From: Eledone cirrhosa
Lineage: Eukaryota
Length of the DNA stretch: 64,000 nt
Assembly (NCBI GenBank): GCA_964016885.1
Contig: OZ024741.1
Location: 182,652,001-182,716,000 of the forward strand
Direction of reading: 5' to 3'
Shown: positions 14,154-27,500 of the stretch, one piece after another
Layout of the letters: each line of letters opens with the position of its first letter
Position numbering within the stretch: position 1 is the first letter of the stretch
Notes under the pieces: model-generated
What the model saw: the letters and a program-made list of their open reading frames with translations, nothing else
Told to the model about the DNA's origin: nothing
Database searches by the model: none
Position numbers and translations under genes: made by a program

Positions 14154-14668
14154 TTTAAAATGCTATAAGAAAATGAAATACATGCTATGTGGTAAAGACA
14201 GAAGTTCAAGAGTTTGACAATATGAGTTGTTTTGATTGGTTGGAAGGATCAAGGGATGTATTGGCCTGTAGTGTATGTGGGCGTGGATGTGATGATGAGA
14301 TGTTGGTGACGGTCACTGACTGGGATGGGCTGTGGTGTGGTGGCGGGTTGGCCTTGGCCTGTAGTGTATGTGGGGGTGGTTGTGATGATAAGATGCTGGT
14401 GACGGTCGCTGACTGGGATGGGTTGTGGTGGTGTCGAGTCCATGGGGAAATACATACCTAGACACTCTTAGTCTGACAAATACGTTGTATATATATATAC
14501 TGATATATATACATACGTACACACCCATATACACACACATACACGCGCCCACATAGATCTACACATACATATATCTATATGCATATATACACACGTGTAT
14601 GTGCATGCGCGCGTGTGGATATATATAGAGAGAGTGGGGGAGTATCGGTGGGGGGTGGCGTAGAACAA

Positions 14669-14720
<52 letters not shown>

Positions 14721-14866
14721 GTTGAGACAATAAACGGAAAACGTGGAAGCGAAGGGGCAGTACAAATGTTAATATTAGTTTCACGCTGGCTCTATCCTGC
14801 TTCTAAAAGGGAATATGTCATACATACATACATACATACATACATACATACATACATACATACATA

Positions 14867-16617
14867 ATGAAGAAAAATTTTGACCTGGTTACAACGTTCT
14901 CAAAGGATATAGGAATGGAGTTTGGCCAAGATGAATGCTCATACATGACTGTAAAGCGGGGATAAACAACAACCCAATCTAGCAACATTGTCATCAATGG
15001 CCTAACTGTTTCACCGATATCTGATGAGGACTGTTACAGATACCTGGGGATAGATGAGAACATATTCTATAATGGTATCTGTAATAAAGAACGGGTAACC
15101 AGGGAATACTACACCCGAGTAAGAAAGATCTGGTCATCGGAACTCTCTGCGCAAAACAAAACAGTGGCTCACAATGTGTTTGCTGTGCCTGTCCTAATAC
15201 CAACGTTTGGAATACTCAATTGGAGGATAGATGAAATCCGAGCAGTTGATGTTGGAACTCGAAAAATACTGAACAACACCGGAAACTTCCACATCAACAG
15301 TGACATAGACCGTCTTTACTTGAAACGTAAGCAGGGAGGCAGAGGCCTAACATCAGTCCAGACAACATTTGAATGTCGCATCATATCTCTCCTACAACAT
15401 CTACGAACCTCGAATCGTAGGAGCCCGTTTCTCGAGCAAGTCTATCTGCATAAAACAGATAAGATCATGAGAGTTGGGAAGAAAATCCTCGAGAGATATT
15501 CCCTGTGTGATAATCAAAAACTCACACCCAGGGATGTCGCTCAGCAGTATCCCAGTGAATCCATGGATGAAAAACTGCATACTTATCAGCAAAAATCATG
15601 CATGGATATGATGCCAGGAAGTCCCAGAGTGAGAGTAATATAGATAAGGAAAGTAGTCTATCTTGGACCAACAACCACTATATTGGCTCCCACTTTGAAG
15701 GATACGCTTTTGCAATCCACGAACAGGAGATTAACACGAAATACCTGATTCACAAAAGAGATAGGGATGCAGGCAAAACACCTAGATGTGATAACAAGTG
15801 CAAACTCTGCAGAACTAACATCGAGGATATCACCCATGTCATCAGCAGCTGTCCAAAGATGTCATCGCGGTACTATCTACCTATGAGGTATGATGTAGTG
15901 GCCAAAACACTGTACAATGCAGTTCGTAAAAATGATAGCCCCGATAATAAACACATTAAAAGCTACAGCAATGTGGAAGACATCGATGTACATAATATGA
16001 AAGAGTACTGGTGGAATGTTCCAGTAAAAAAACCAATAAAATGCAGGCATAACAGACCAGATATTATGATATGGGACAGGGAGAAGAAAACATGCACAGT
16101 AGTGGAAATTAGCTGCCCAGCAGATGCCAATATAATATCAAAGATTAGTGAAAAGGAGAATATTTATGCAGAACTGATGGAAAATCTGCAGATACTCCAC
16201 CCTGATTACACCTTCAGATTTATGCCTGTGATTATTGGGGCACTGGGATATGTTAGTAACTGCCTCAATACAAATCTTGAGAAGCTAGGCTTCACAGGAA
16301 CAGAAAGAACACAACTAGTTAGGAAACTACAAGTACAATCCATTAATGGAACAGTAAAAATATGTAAAACATTCCAAAAATGTTGTGTCTAATAACTGCA
16401 TATACACATGTACAGATACAAAGCATATACACATGCACACATACAACTCAAAACATACACATCCACACATACAATAACATCCATATCTACACATGCATAC
16501 ATACATATCTACCTAGTTGATGTTGTGTAAATTCCAATGAGAGAGTCTTGTGTCTATGTTAGAAACCGACTCTCTCTCTATTGTTAAAACTTTGTGAAAT
16601 TATAAAACCAGAAGAAC
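14867..16617 (+). mobile_element. 5'-truncated, frameshifted R4/Dong-like LINE with restriction-like endonuclease, in (CATA)n
   Basis: YRYLG, RLYLKRKQGGRGL, CKLC...ITHVISSC zinc knuckle, RYD, NRPDIMIWD, VEISCP, K..IY (ORFs 15164-15643, 15598-16392). Confidence 0.88.
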
Positions 16618-16676
16618 ATACATACATACATACATACATACATACATACATACATACATACATACATACATACATA

Positions 16677-17287
16677 CATGGTGGCTGCCAACTCGTTTTC
16701 GAGTACGGCCACTACTTTATATCCATGTAGGAGAACCCCTACCGATGCGCTGAACGAGCGTGACTTTTTAGTCCAGCCAGCGACTTGAAAACTCTGGTAC
16801 AAACACTACACTTATGACAATTATTGACATATAGTGCTGGGCCCATGGTACCATGTGACGACAAGTGCAGAGAGATCTCCAGAGATAAAGCAATGCCTGT
16901 GCCGTGAAGCTTTTATAGTGAGCAAAGGCACTGCACAAAGCCAGTCCCACTCTCTTAACCAAGATGATATTTACCAAAAAGAAGAACAAATCAACATCAT
17001 TGGATACCATCAGGGTTGCAGGTGTTATATCAGAGTTTTCCTTCTCCTAGAATTCTGCCTTGACAAAGGCTAAGGGGTCATCTCTCCCGGTGATTTTGGA
17101 TGGCCATTGACTCTTAAGAGCTCCTTTGCCCTTTGACAGGTTTTGTTTTTAGTCCTGCAGGATGTCCAAAGTCACCCTCCTCACCAAGAAACCTTGGTGG
17201 GGTTGCCAGTTTAGTCGCCAATGACCCGACCATGAGACAGGTTGTACTGGGATACATGTTACCAGTAGCACCAACTGGTGACCTGAC
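16677..17287 (-). mobile_element. Bipartite non-autonomous RTE-derived element, copy 3 (full length)
   Basis: Same sequence as the other copies; (CATA)n flanks. Confidence 0.8.
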
Positions 17288-17410
17288 ATACATATATATA
17301 TATATACATACATACATACATACACCTATACATATATACACATATATATACATACATACATATATCTATATATATATACACACATATATACATACATACA
17401 TATATATATA

Positions 17411-17909
17411 CATGGTGGCTGCCAACTCTTTTTCGAGTACGGCCACTACTTTATATCCATGTAGGAGAACCCCTACCGATGCGCTAAACAAGTGTGACTT
17501 TTTAGTCCAGCCAGCGACTTGAAAACTCTGGTACAAACACTACACCTGTGACAATTATTGACATATAGTGCTGGGCCCATAGTACCATGTGATGACAAGT
17601 GCAGAGAGATCTCCAGATACAAAGCAATGCCTGTGCCGTGAAGCTTTTATAGTGAGCAAAGGCACTGCACAAAGCCAGTCCCACTCTCTTAACCAAGATG
17701 ATATTTACCAAAAAGAAGAACAAATCAACATCATTGGATACCATCAGGGTTGCAGGTGTTATATCAGAGTTTTCCTTCTCCTAGAATTCTGCCTTGACAA
17801 AGGCTAAGGGGTCATCTCTCCCGGTGATTTTGGATGGCCATTGACTCTTAAGAGCTCCTTTGCCCTTTGACAGGTTTTGTTTTTAGTCCTGCAGGATGTC
17901 CAAAGTCAC
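17411..17909 (-). mobile_element. Bipartite non-autonomous RTE-derived element, copy 4 (5'-truncated)
   Basis: Same sequence, ends at GGATGTCCAAAGTCAC. Confidence 0.8.
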
Positions 17910-18000
17910 TCACATACATACATACATACATACATACATACATACATACATACATACATACATACATACATACATACATACATACATACATACATACATA

Positions 18001-18375
18001 CACTGGCATATGTTAGTAACTGCCTCAATGCAAAGTTGGGCTTCACAGGAACAGAAAGAACACAACTAGTTAGGAAATTACAAATACAATCCATTAATGG
18101 AACAGTAAAAATATGTACAACATTCCAAAAATTCTGCATCTAATAACTGCATATACACATGTACAGATACAAAGCATATGCACATATACACATACAAACT
18201 CAAAACACATCCACACATACAATAACATCCATACCTGCACACACATGCATGCAAACATACATACATATCTACCTAGTTGATGTTGTGTAAATTCCAATGA
18301 GAGAGTCTTGTAACTATTTTAGGAACCGACTCTCTCTCTATTGGTAAAAAATTTGTGAAATAAAACCAGAACAAC
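18001..18375 (+). mobile_element. 3' fragment of the R4-like LINE
   Basis: Matches 16241-16617 (YVSNCLN..KLGFTGTERTQLVRKLQ + 3'UTR); (CATA)n on both sides. Confidence 0.85.
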
Positions 18376-18450
18376 ATACATAAACACATACATACATACA
18401 TACATACATACATACATACATACATACATACATGCATACATACAACTCTC

Positions 18451-18532
<82 letters not shown>

Positions 18533-18699
18533 TGTGTTTATGTGTGTGTGTCTAGCTATATATAAACCCCTACTGTTTATTGGATAATGAGTGAATCTCT
18601 AGATAAGTATACATTTTTTTCTTTAAAAACTTAATTCTAGAACGAAGCATTAGGAGTTACCTCCCTTGAGATATTAACTACATTATTATTATCTTCCTT

Positions 18700-18890
18700 G
18701 GATTGGCAGTATCGGTAGAGGGTCTGACGCCATGTTTTGCAGCAAAGAGTTACGGCCCTTTATGATCTGAGTTCAAATCAAATCCCGCGCAGGTTAACTT
18801 TGCCTTTCATCCTTACGAGTCGATAAAATAAAATACCAGTAATACACTGGAATAATTGCTGGCCTTGTGCCAAAAGTAGAAACAATTATT
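18700..18890 (+). mobile_element. tRNA-derived SINE (same family as 1-272)
   Basis: TGGCAGTATCGGTAGAG, GAGTTCAAATC, GTCGATAAAATAAATACCAG, GGCCTTGTGCCAAAAGTAG. Confidence 0.7.
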
Positions 18891-18904
18891 ATCTTCCTTA
18901 GATT

Positions 18905-19180
18905 ATTTGAGAACAGCCAGTGAGACCTACTGTGTCGGCTACTCCACCTTACTGGGCTCCTTACTCAGGCGTGCATTCCTCCTGATTTTGTGTAGTAAAA
19001 TGATATTCTGGGGAGCAACATCACCGGATGACTCGACAGCGGCCGGCATGAAAAGGAAGCTATCGGTCAAGTCTTGATATATGGATATCTTCCAATCCTC
19101 TGTGCCCAGCAGTGCCCAGGTTTGTGGCGAAACAATAAGGTTGGAGCCGGAGAATGTGTCACAGCAGTGTGTATTGTAAT
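18905..19180 (-). pseudogene. Decayed CRE-like LINE endonuclease fragment
   Basis: Minus translation CCDTFSGSNL...EDWKISIYQDLTDSFLFMPAAVESSG resembles the RLE C-terminal pattern (DT..E..K..Y..L...F.P.AVE.SG). Confidence 0.5.
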
Positions 19181-19744
19181 TTGGGAAAAATTCGTTTCAT
19201 ATTTCTAGCAGCTCAAGCAACTAAGTACATCTTGCCCTGTTCTCTCTTTTACAGAGATGATATAGATCTACCATTTTATTTATGGAATATATCATGTAAA
19301 TACAGTTTAATAGAAAAAGAAAAAAAAAAGAAAATTTAGATTAAGAAGAATGGAATGTAAAATAGGAAAATATAAAGAAAAAACAGAAAAGAAAAACGGA
19401 GAAGGGAGGGAATGGCGAGGACTCTAGTGACACAGGAGAATAGGGAGGGGAGGATGATTGGGCTCTGGGCTTAGGGCGCGGCGGTAAAGGGGCTGCTCCC
19501 CGCAGACAACACCACAAAAGCCAGTGACACCCGCTGCAACAGCCACCCCCACCCCGCATCATTTACCAATTCATAAGATGTTAATGTTCCCCATACAGAG
19601 AGGGAAGGAGGGCGAGAGAGATGACAATGGGAGTTCGGCGGCTCTCTACGGTTGGACTATATCCTTGTGGTTGTGCTCATTATCTATACAGAAAATTATC
19701 TCTTTCCCATTCACTACAGAAAAGAACTAAATATTTATGTAAGA

Positions 19745-19868
19745 CTAGCAGAATGGCCCGGCGTTGCTCGGGATTCTAAACATAGATTGGCATGTTTATC
19801 CCTCCTTTATGAGACATTACAGAGAAGTACGGAATACCTCGGCCTGGGGATGGTGTCTACATTTTGTG

Positions 19869-19922
<54 letters not shown>

Positions 19923-20499
19923 TAACAGATTAAAGTTTAAGCAAAGAATCGCTGCTTTCACCCTTAACGGGATCTTCTGAAGCTAAAAATATTAATCTGT
20001 GAACGCAGAAGTAAATATTTCGAAAAACGTTGCAACCGAAGGAAAACAGGAAGACGATACTTTGGTTCGTGATGACGTTCCCTGGCAATGAACGGAAAAT
20101 AACGAAGATAATACGTCATCAGTGAGAACAATGTTTGTTATAATTGTTTCTACTTAGGCACAAGGCCAGCAAATACCCAGTACATTACTGGTACTTTATT
20201 TTATCGACCCCATAAGGATGAAAGGCAAAGTTAACCTTGGCGGGATTTGAACTCAATGTTTGTCATAATGTCGTAATGCAGACAGCCAGACATACAGACA
20301 GATATTATAAGGGCGCGACGTTATAGCTGCCTAATGCGATCCCTAGGGCATTGAAAATTTGAAATATTTTTTGCTCAAAACACTCACACGACCATAAATA
20401 TTACATGCGTAAAGTTTGAAAAAATCGGTTGGGTGGTTCTCGAGTTTTAGGGAGTCAGACAGACAGGCAGACATACATTCTCTGTTTTAAATATATAGA
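19745..20499 (-). mobile_element. Non-autonomous Helitron (contains a SINE at about 20142-20255)
   Basis: A|TCTATATATTTAAAAC 5' end; 3' hairpin CCCGAGCAACGCCGGG then CTAG|T; internal sequence shared with 43760-44045. Confidence 0.75.
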
Positions 20500-20747
20500 T
20501 GTTAATGTGTCGGGCTGAACGCATCGGTGCTTGTTCCGATTCTCTCTCTCTCCCTCTCTCGCGCGCGCGCGCACGCGTGCTTTCTGGAAGAAATTTACTT
20601 CAGTGGGGTCCAGCACAAAGCTTATTTCTAATTTACCAATGTGAAAAGACTAGTTTGATCAGAACAGGAAGTTCTTGTCTATTAAGAAGGAAAACTTTAA
20701 GCATGGCGGCTCATGAACAAAAAATAGCATGACCTGAACAATAAGTA

Positions 20748-21524
20748 GTTTGTTGCTGTTGGTGTTGTTGTGTTGTTGTTGTTGGTGGTGGTGTTGGTGG
20801 TGGTGTTATTGTTGTTGGTGTTGTTGTTGGTGGTGGAAGTGGTGTTATTGTGGTGGTGGTGTTGTTGCTGGTATTGTTAGTGTTGTTGTTGTTGTTGTTA
20901 TTGTTGTTGGTGTTGTTGGTGGTGGTGGTGGTGGTGGTGGTGGTGGTGGTGGTGGTGGTGGTGGTGGTGGTGGTGGTGGTGGTGGAGTTATTGTTGTTGT
21001 TGGTGGTAGTGTTATTGTTGTTGGTGTTGTTGTTGATGGTGGTGGTGGTGGTGTTATTGTTTTTGGTGTTGTTGTTGTTGCTACGGTTGCTGTGTTGTTG
21101 TTGGTGGTGGAAGTGGTGTTATTGTGGTGGTGGTGTTGTTGTTGCTGGTATTGTTAGTGTTGTTGTTGTTGGTGTTGTTGTTGGTGGTGTTGTTGTTGTT
21201 GTTGTTGTTGTTGGTTGTGGTGGTGGTGGTGGAGGTGGTGGTGGTGGTGGTGGTGGTGGTGTTATTGTTGTTGTTGGTGGTAGTGTTATTGTTGTTGGTG
21301 TTGTTGTTGATGGTGGTGGTGGTGGTGTTATTGTTGTTGGTGGTGTTGTTGCTACGGTTGCTGTGTTGTTGTTGGTGGTGGAAGTGGTGTTATTGTTGGT
21401 GGTGGTGTTGTTGTTGCTGTTATTGTTAGTATTGTTGTTATTGTTGTTGTTGTTATTGTTGTTGGTGTTGTTGTTGTTGTTGGTGGTGGTGGTGTTATTG
21501 TTGTTGTTGGTGGTAGTGTTATTG
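20748..21524. repeat. Degenerate (GTT)/(GGT) trinucleotide region grading into the satellite
   Basis: Directly visible; contains an internal ~270-bp duplication. Confidence 0.85.
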
Positions 21525-24500
21525 TTGTTGGTGTTATCGTTGTTACTGTTGTTGGTGGTGGTGGTATTGTAGGTGTTGTTGGTGTTATCGTTGTTACTGT
21601 TGTTGGTGGTGGTATTGTAGGTGTTGTTGGTGTTATCGTTGTTACTGTAGTTGGTGGTGGTATTGTAGGTGTTGTTGGTGTTATCGTTGTTACTGTTGTT
21701 GGTGGTGGTATTGTAGGTGTTGTTGGTGTTATCGTTGCTACTGTTGTTGGTGGTGGTATTGTAGGTGTTGTTGGTGTTATCGTTGTTACTGTTGTTGGTG
21801 GTGGTATTGTAGGTGTAGTTGGTGTTATCGTTGCTACTGTTGTTGGTGGTGGTATTGTAGGTGTTGTTGGTGTTATTGTTGTTACTGTTGTTGGTGGTGG
21901 TATTGTAGGTGTCGTTGGTGTTATCGTTGTTACTGTTGTTGGTGGTGGTATTGTAGGTGTTGTTGGTGTTATCGTTGTTACTATTGTTGGTGGTGGTGTT
22001 GTAGGTGTCGTTGGTGTTATCGTTGTTACTGTTGTTGGTGGTGGTATTGTAGGTGTCGTTGGTGTTATCGTTGTTACTGTTGTTGGTGGTGGTGTTGTAG
22101 GTGTTGTTGGTGTTATCGTTGTTACTGTTGTTGGTGGTGGTATTGTAGGTGTTGTTGGTGTTATCGTTGTTACTGTAGTTGGTGGTGGTATTGTAGGTGT
22201 TGTTGGTGTTATCGTTGTTACTGTTGTTGGTGGTGGTATTGTAGGTGTTGTTGGTGTTATCGTTGCTACTGTAGTTGGTGGTGGTATTGTAGGTGTTGTT
22301 GGTGTTATCGTTGTTACTGTTGTTGGTGGTGGTATTGTAGGTGTTGTTGGTGTTATCGTTGTTACTGTTGTTGGTGGTGGTATTGTAGGTGTTGTTGGTG
22401 TTATCGTTGTTACTGTTGTTGGTGGTGGTATTGTAGGTGTTGTTGGTGTTATCGTTGTTACTGTTGTTGGTGGTGGTATTGTAGGTGTTGTTGGTGTTAT
22501 CGTTGCTACTGTTGTTGGTGGTGGTATTGTAGGTGTTGTTGGTGTTATCGTTGCTACTGTTGTTGGTGGTGGTATTGTAGGTGTTGTTGGTGTTATTGTT
22601 GTTACTGTTGTTGGTGGTGGTATTGTAGGTGTCGTTGGTGTTATCGTTGTTACTGTTGTTGGTGGTGGTATTGTAGGTGTTGTTGGTGTTATCGTTGTTA
22701 CTATTGTTGGTGGTGGTGTTGTAGGTGTCGTTGGTGTTATCGTTGTTACTGTTGTTGGTGGTGGTGTTGTAGATGTTGTTGGTGTTATCGTTGTTACTGT
22801 TGTTGGTGGTGGTATTGTAGGTGTTGTTGGTGTTATCGTTGTTACTGTTGTTGGTGGTGGTATTGTAGGTGTTGTTGGTGTTATCGTTGTTACTGTAGTT
22901 GGTGGTGGTATTGTAGGTGTTGTTGGTGTTATCGTTGTTACTGTTGTTGGTGGTGGTATTGTAGCTGTTGTTGGTGTTATCGTTGCTACTGTTGTTGGTG
23001 GTGGTATTGTAGGTGTTGTTGGTGTTATCGTTGTTACTGTTGTTGGTGGTGGTATTGTAGGTGTTGTTGGTGTTATCGTTGTTACTGTAGTTGGTGGTGG
23101 TATTGTAGGTGTTGTTGGTGTTATCGTTGTTACTGTTGTTGGTGGTGGTATTGTAGGTGTTGTGGGTGTTATCGTTGTTACTGTTGTTGGTGGTGGTATT
23201 GTAGCTGTTGTTGGTGTTATCGTTGTTACTGTTGTTGGTGGTGGTATTGTAGCTGTTGTTGGTGTTATCGTTGTTACTGTTGGTGGTGGTGGTATTGTAG
23301 GTGTTGTTGGTGTTATTGTTGTTACTGTTGTTGGTGGTGGTATTGTAGCTGTTGTTGGTGTTATCGTTGCTACTGTTGTTGGTGGTGGTATTGTAGGTGT
23401 TGTTGGTGTTATCGTTGCTACTGTTGTTGGTGGTGGTATTGTAGGTGTTGTTGGTGTTATCGTTGCTACTGTTGTTGGTGGTGGTATTGTAGGTGTTGTT
23501 GGTGTTATCGTTGTTACTGTAGTTGGTGGTGGTGGTATTGTAGCTGTTGTTGGTGTTATCGTTGCTACTGTTGTTGGTGGTGGTATTGTAGGTGTTGTTG
23601 GTGTTATCGTTGCTACTGTTGTTGGTGGTGGTATTGTAGGTGTTGTTGGTGTTATCGTTGTTACTGTAGTTGGTGGTGGTGGTATTGTAGCTGTTGTTGG
23701 TGTTATCGTTGCTACTGTTGTTGGTGGTGGTATTGTAGGTGTTGTTGGTGTTATCGTTGCTACTGTTGTTGGTGGTGGTATTGTAGGTGTTGTTGGTGTT
23801 ATCGTTGTTACTGTAGTTGGTGGTGGTGGTATTGTAGCTGTTGTTGGTGTTATCGTTGCTACTGTTGTTGGTGGTGGTATTGTAGGTGTTGTTGGTGTTA
23901 TCGTTGCTACTGTTGTTGGTGGTGGTATTGTAGGTGTTGTTGGTGTTATCGTTGCTACTGTTGTTGGTGGTGGTATTGTAGGTGTTGTTGGTGTTATCGT
24001 TGTTACTGTAGTTGGTGGTGGTGGTATTGTAGCTGTTGTTGGTGTTATCGTTGCTACTGTTGTTGGTGGTGGTATTGTAGGTGTTGTTGGTGTTATCGTT
24101 GCTACTGTTGTTGGTGGTGGTATTGTAGGTGTTGTTAGTGTTATCGTTGTTACTGTTGTTGGTGGTGGTATTGTAGGTGTTGTTGGTGTTATTGTTGTTA
24201 CTGTTGTTGGTGGTGGTGTTGTAGGTGTTGTTGGTGTTATCGTTGTTACTGTTGTTGGTGATGGTATTGTAGGTGTTGTTGGTGTTATCGTTGTTACTGT
24301 TGTTGGTGGTGGTGTTGTAGGTGTTGTTGGTGTTATCGTTGTTACTGTTGTTGGTGGTGGTATTGTAGGTGTTGTTGGTGTTATCGTTGTTACTGTTGTT
24401 GGTGGTGGTATTGTAGGTGTTGTTGGTGTTATCGTTGTTACTGTTGTTGGTCGTGGTATTGTAGGTGTTGTTGGTGTTATCGTTGTTACTGTTGTTGGTG

Positions 24501-27500
24501 GTGGTATTGTAGGTGTTGTTGGTGTTATCGTTGTTACTGTAGTTGGTGGTGGTATTGTAGGTGTTGTTGGTGTTATCGTTGTTACTGTTGTTGGTGGTGG
24601 TATTGTAGGTGTTGTTGGTGTTATCGTTGTTACTGTAGTTGGTGGTGGTGTTGTAGGTGTTGTTGGTGTTATCGTTGCTACTGTTGTTGGTGGTGGTATT
24701 GTAGGTGTTGTTGGTGTTATCGTTGCTACTGTTGTTGGTGGTGGTATTGTAGGTGTTGTTGGTGTTATCGTTGTTACTGTTGTTGGTGGTGGTATTGTAG
24801 GTGTTGTTGGTGTTATCGTTGTTACTGTTGTTGGTGGTGGTATTGTAGGTGTTGTTGGTGTTATCGTTGTTACTGTTGTTGGTGGTGGTATTGTAGGTGT
24901 TGTTGGTGTTATCGTTGTTACTGTAGTTGGTGGTGGTATTGTAGGTGTTGTTGGTGTTATCGTTGTTACTGTTGTTGGTGGTGGTATTGTAGCTGTTGTT
25001 GGTGTTATCGTTGCTACTGTTGTTGGTGGTGGTATTGTAGGTGTTGTTGGTGTTATCGTTGTTACTGTTGTTGGTGGTGGTATTGTAGGTGTTGTTGGTG
25101 TTATCGTTGTTACTGTAGTTGGTGGTGGTATTGTAGGTGTTGTTGGTGTTATCGTTGTTACTGTTGTTGGTGGTGGTATTGTAGGTGTTGTGGGTGTTAT
25201 CGTTGTTACTGTTGTTGGTGGTGGTATTGTAGCTGTTGTTGGTGTTATCGTTGTTACTGTTGTTGGTGGTGGTATTGTAGCTGTTGTTGGTGTTATCGTT
25301 GTTACTGTTGGTGGTGGTGGTATTGTAGGTGTTGTTGGTGTTATTGTTGTTACTGTTGTTGGTGGTGGTATTGTAGCTGTTGTTGGTGTTATCGTTGCTA
25401 CTGTTGTTGGTGGTGGTATTGTAGGTGTTGTTGGTGTTATCGTTGCTACTGTTGTTGGTGGTGGTATTGTAGGTGTTGTTGGTGTTATCGTTGCTACTGT
25501 TGTTGGTGGTGGTATTGTAGGTGTTGTTGGTGTTATCGTTGTTACTGTAGTTGGTGGTGGTGGTATTGTAGCTGTTGTTGGTGTTATCGTTGCTACTGTT
25601 GTTGGTGGTGGTATTGTAGGTGTTGTTGGTGTTATCGTTGCTACTGTTGTTGGTGGTGGTATTGTAGGTGTTGTTGGTGTTATCGTTGTTACTGTAGTTG
25701 GTGGTGGTGGTATTGTAGCTGTTGTTGGTGTTATCGTTGCTACTGTTGTTGGTGGTGGTATTGTAGGTGTTGTTGGTGTTATCGTTGCTACTGTTGTTGG
25801 TGGTGGTATTGTAGGTGTTGTTGGTGTTATCGTTGTTACTGTAGTTGGTGGTGGTGGTATTGTAGCTGTTGTTGGTGTTATCGTTGCTACTGTTGTTGGT
25901 GGTGGTATTGTAGGTGTTGTTGGTGTTATCGTTGCTACTGTTGTTGGTGGTGGTATTGTAGGTGTTGTTGGTGTTATCGTTGCTACTGTTGTTGGTGGTG
26001 GTATTGTAGGTGTTGTTGGTGTTATCGTTGTTACTGTAGTTGGTGGTGGTGGTATTGTAGCTGTTGTTGGTGTTATCGTTGCTACTGTTGTTGGTGGTGG
26101 TATTGTAGGTGTTGTTGGTGTTATCGTTGCTACTGTTGTTGGTGGTGGTATTGTAGGTGTTGTTAGTGTTATCGTTGTTACTGTTGTTGGTGGTGGTATT
26201 GTAGGTGTTGTTGGTGTTATTGTTGTTACTGTTGTTGGTGGTGGTGTTGTAGGTGTTGTTGGTGTTATCGTTGTTACTGTTGTTGGTGATGGTATTGTAG
26301 GTGTTGTTGGTGTTATCGTTGTTACTGTTGTTGGTGGTGGTGTTGTAGGTGTTGTTGGTGTTATCGTTGTTACTGTTGTTGGTGGTGGTATTGTAGGTGT
26401 TGTTGGTGTTATCGTTGTTACTGTTGTTGGTGGTGGTATTGTAGGTGTTGTTGGTGTTATCGTTGTTACTGTTGTTGGTCGTGGTATTGTAGGTGTTGTT
26501 GGTGTTATCGTTGTTACTGTTGTTGGTGGTGGTATTGTAGGTGTTGTTGGTGTTATCGTTGTTACTGTAGTTGGTGGTGGTATTGTAGGTGTTGTTGGTG
26601 TTATCGTTGTTACTGTTGTTGGTGGTGGTATTGTAGGTGTTGTTGGTGTTATCGTTGTTACTGTAGTTGGTGGTGGTGTTGTAGGTGTTGTTGGTGTTAT
26701 CGTTGCTACTGTTGTTGGTGGTGGTATTGTAGGTGTTGTTGGTGTTATCGTTGCTACTGTTGTTGGTGGTGGTATTGTAGGTGTTGTTGGTGTTATCGTT
26801 GTTACTGTTGTTGGTGGTGGTATTGTAGGTGTTGTTGGTGTTATCGTTGTTACTGTTGTTGGTGGTGGTATTGTAGGTGTTGTTGGTGTTATCGTTGTTA
26901 CTGTTGTTGGTGGTGGTATTGTAGGTGTCGTTGGTGTTATCGTTGTTACTGTTGTTGGTGGTGGTATTGTAGGTGTTGTTGGTGTTATCGTTGTTACTGT
27001 TGTTGGTGGTGGTATTGTAGGTGTTGTTGGTGTTATCGTTGTTACTGTTGTTGGTGGTGGTATTGTAGGTGTTGTTGGTGTTATTGTTGTTACTGTTGTT
27101 GGTGGTGGTATTGTAGGTGTCGTTGGTGTTATCGTTGTTACTGTAGTTGGTGGTGGTATTGTAGGTGTTGTTGGTGTTATCGTTGTTACTGTTGTTGGTG
27201 GTGGTATTGTAGGTGTTGTTGGTGTTATCGTTGTTACTGTAGTTGGTGGTGGTATTGTAGGTGTTGTTGGTGTTATCGTTGTTACTGTTGTTGGTGGTGG
27301 TATTGTAGGTGTTGTTTGTGTTATTGTTGTTACTGTTGGTGGTGGTGGTATTGTAGGTGTTGTTGGTGTTATCGTTGTTACTGTTGGTGGTGGTGGTATT
27401 GTAGGTGTTGTTGGTGTTATCTTTGTTACTGTAGTTGGTGGTGGTGGTATTGTAGGTGTTGTTGGTGTTATCGTTGTTACTGTAGTTGGTGGTGGTATTG

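Noticed and set aside
17190-17287. Possible HDV-like ribozyme at the 5' end of the bipartite element (GTCG-TTGG-CGAC-TAA-ACTGG)
   Set aside because: RTE 5' ends can carry such ribozymes, but I could not build convincing P1/P3/P1.1 pairings by eye; needs a descriptor search
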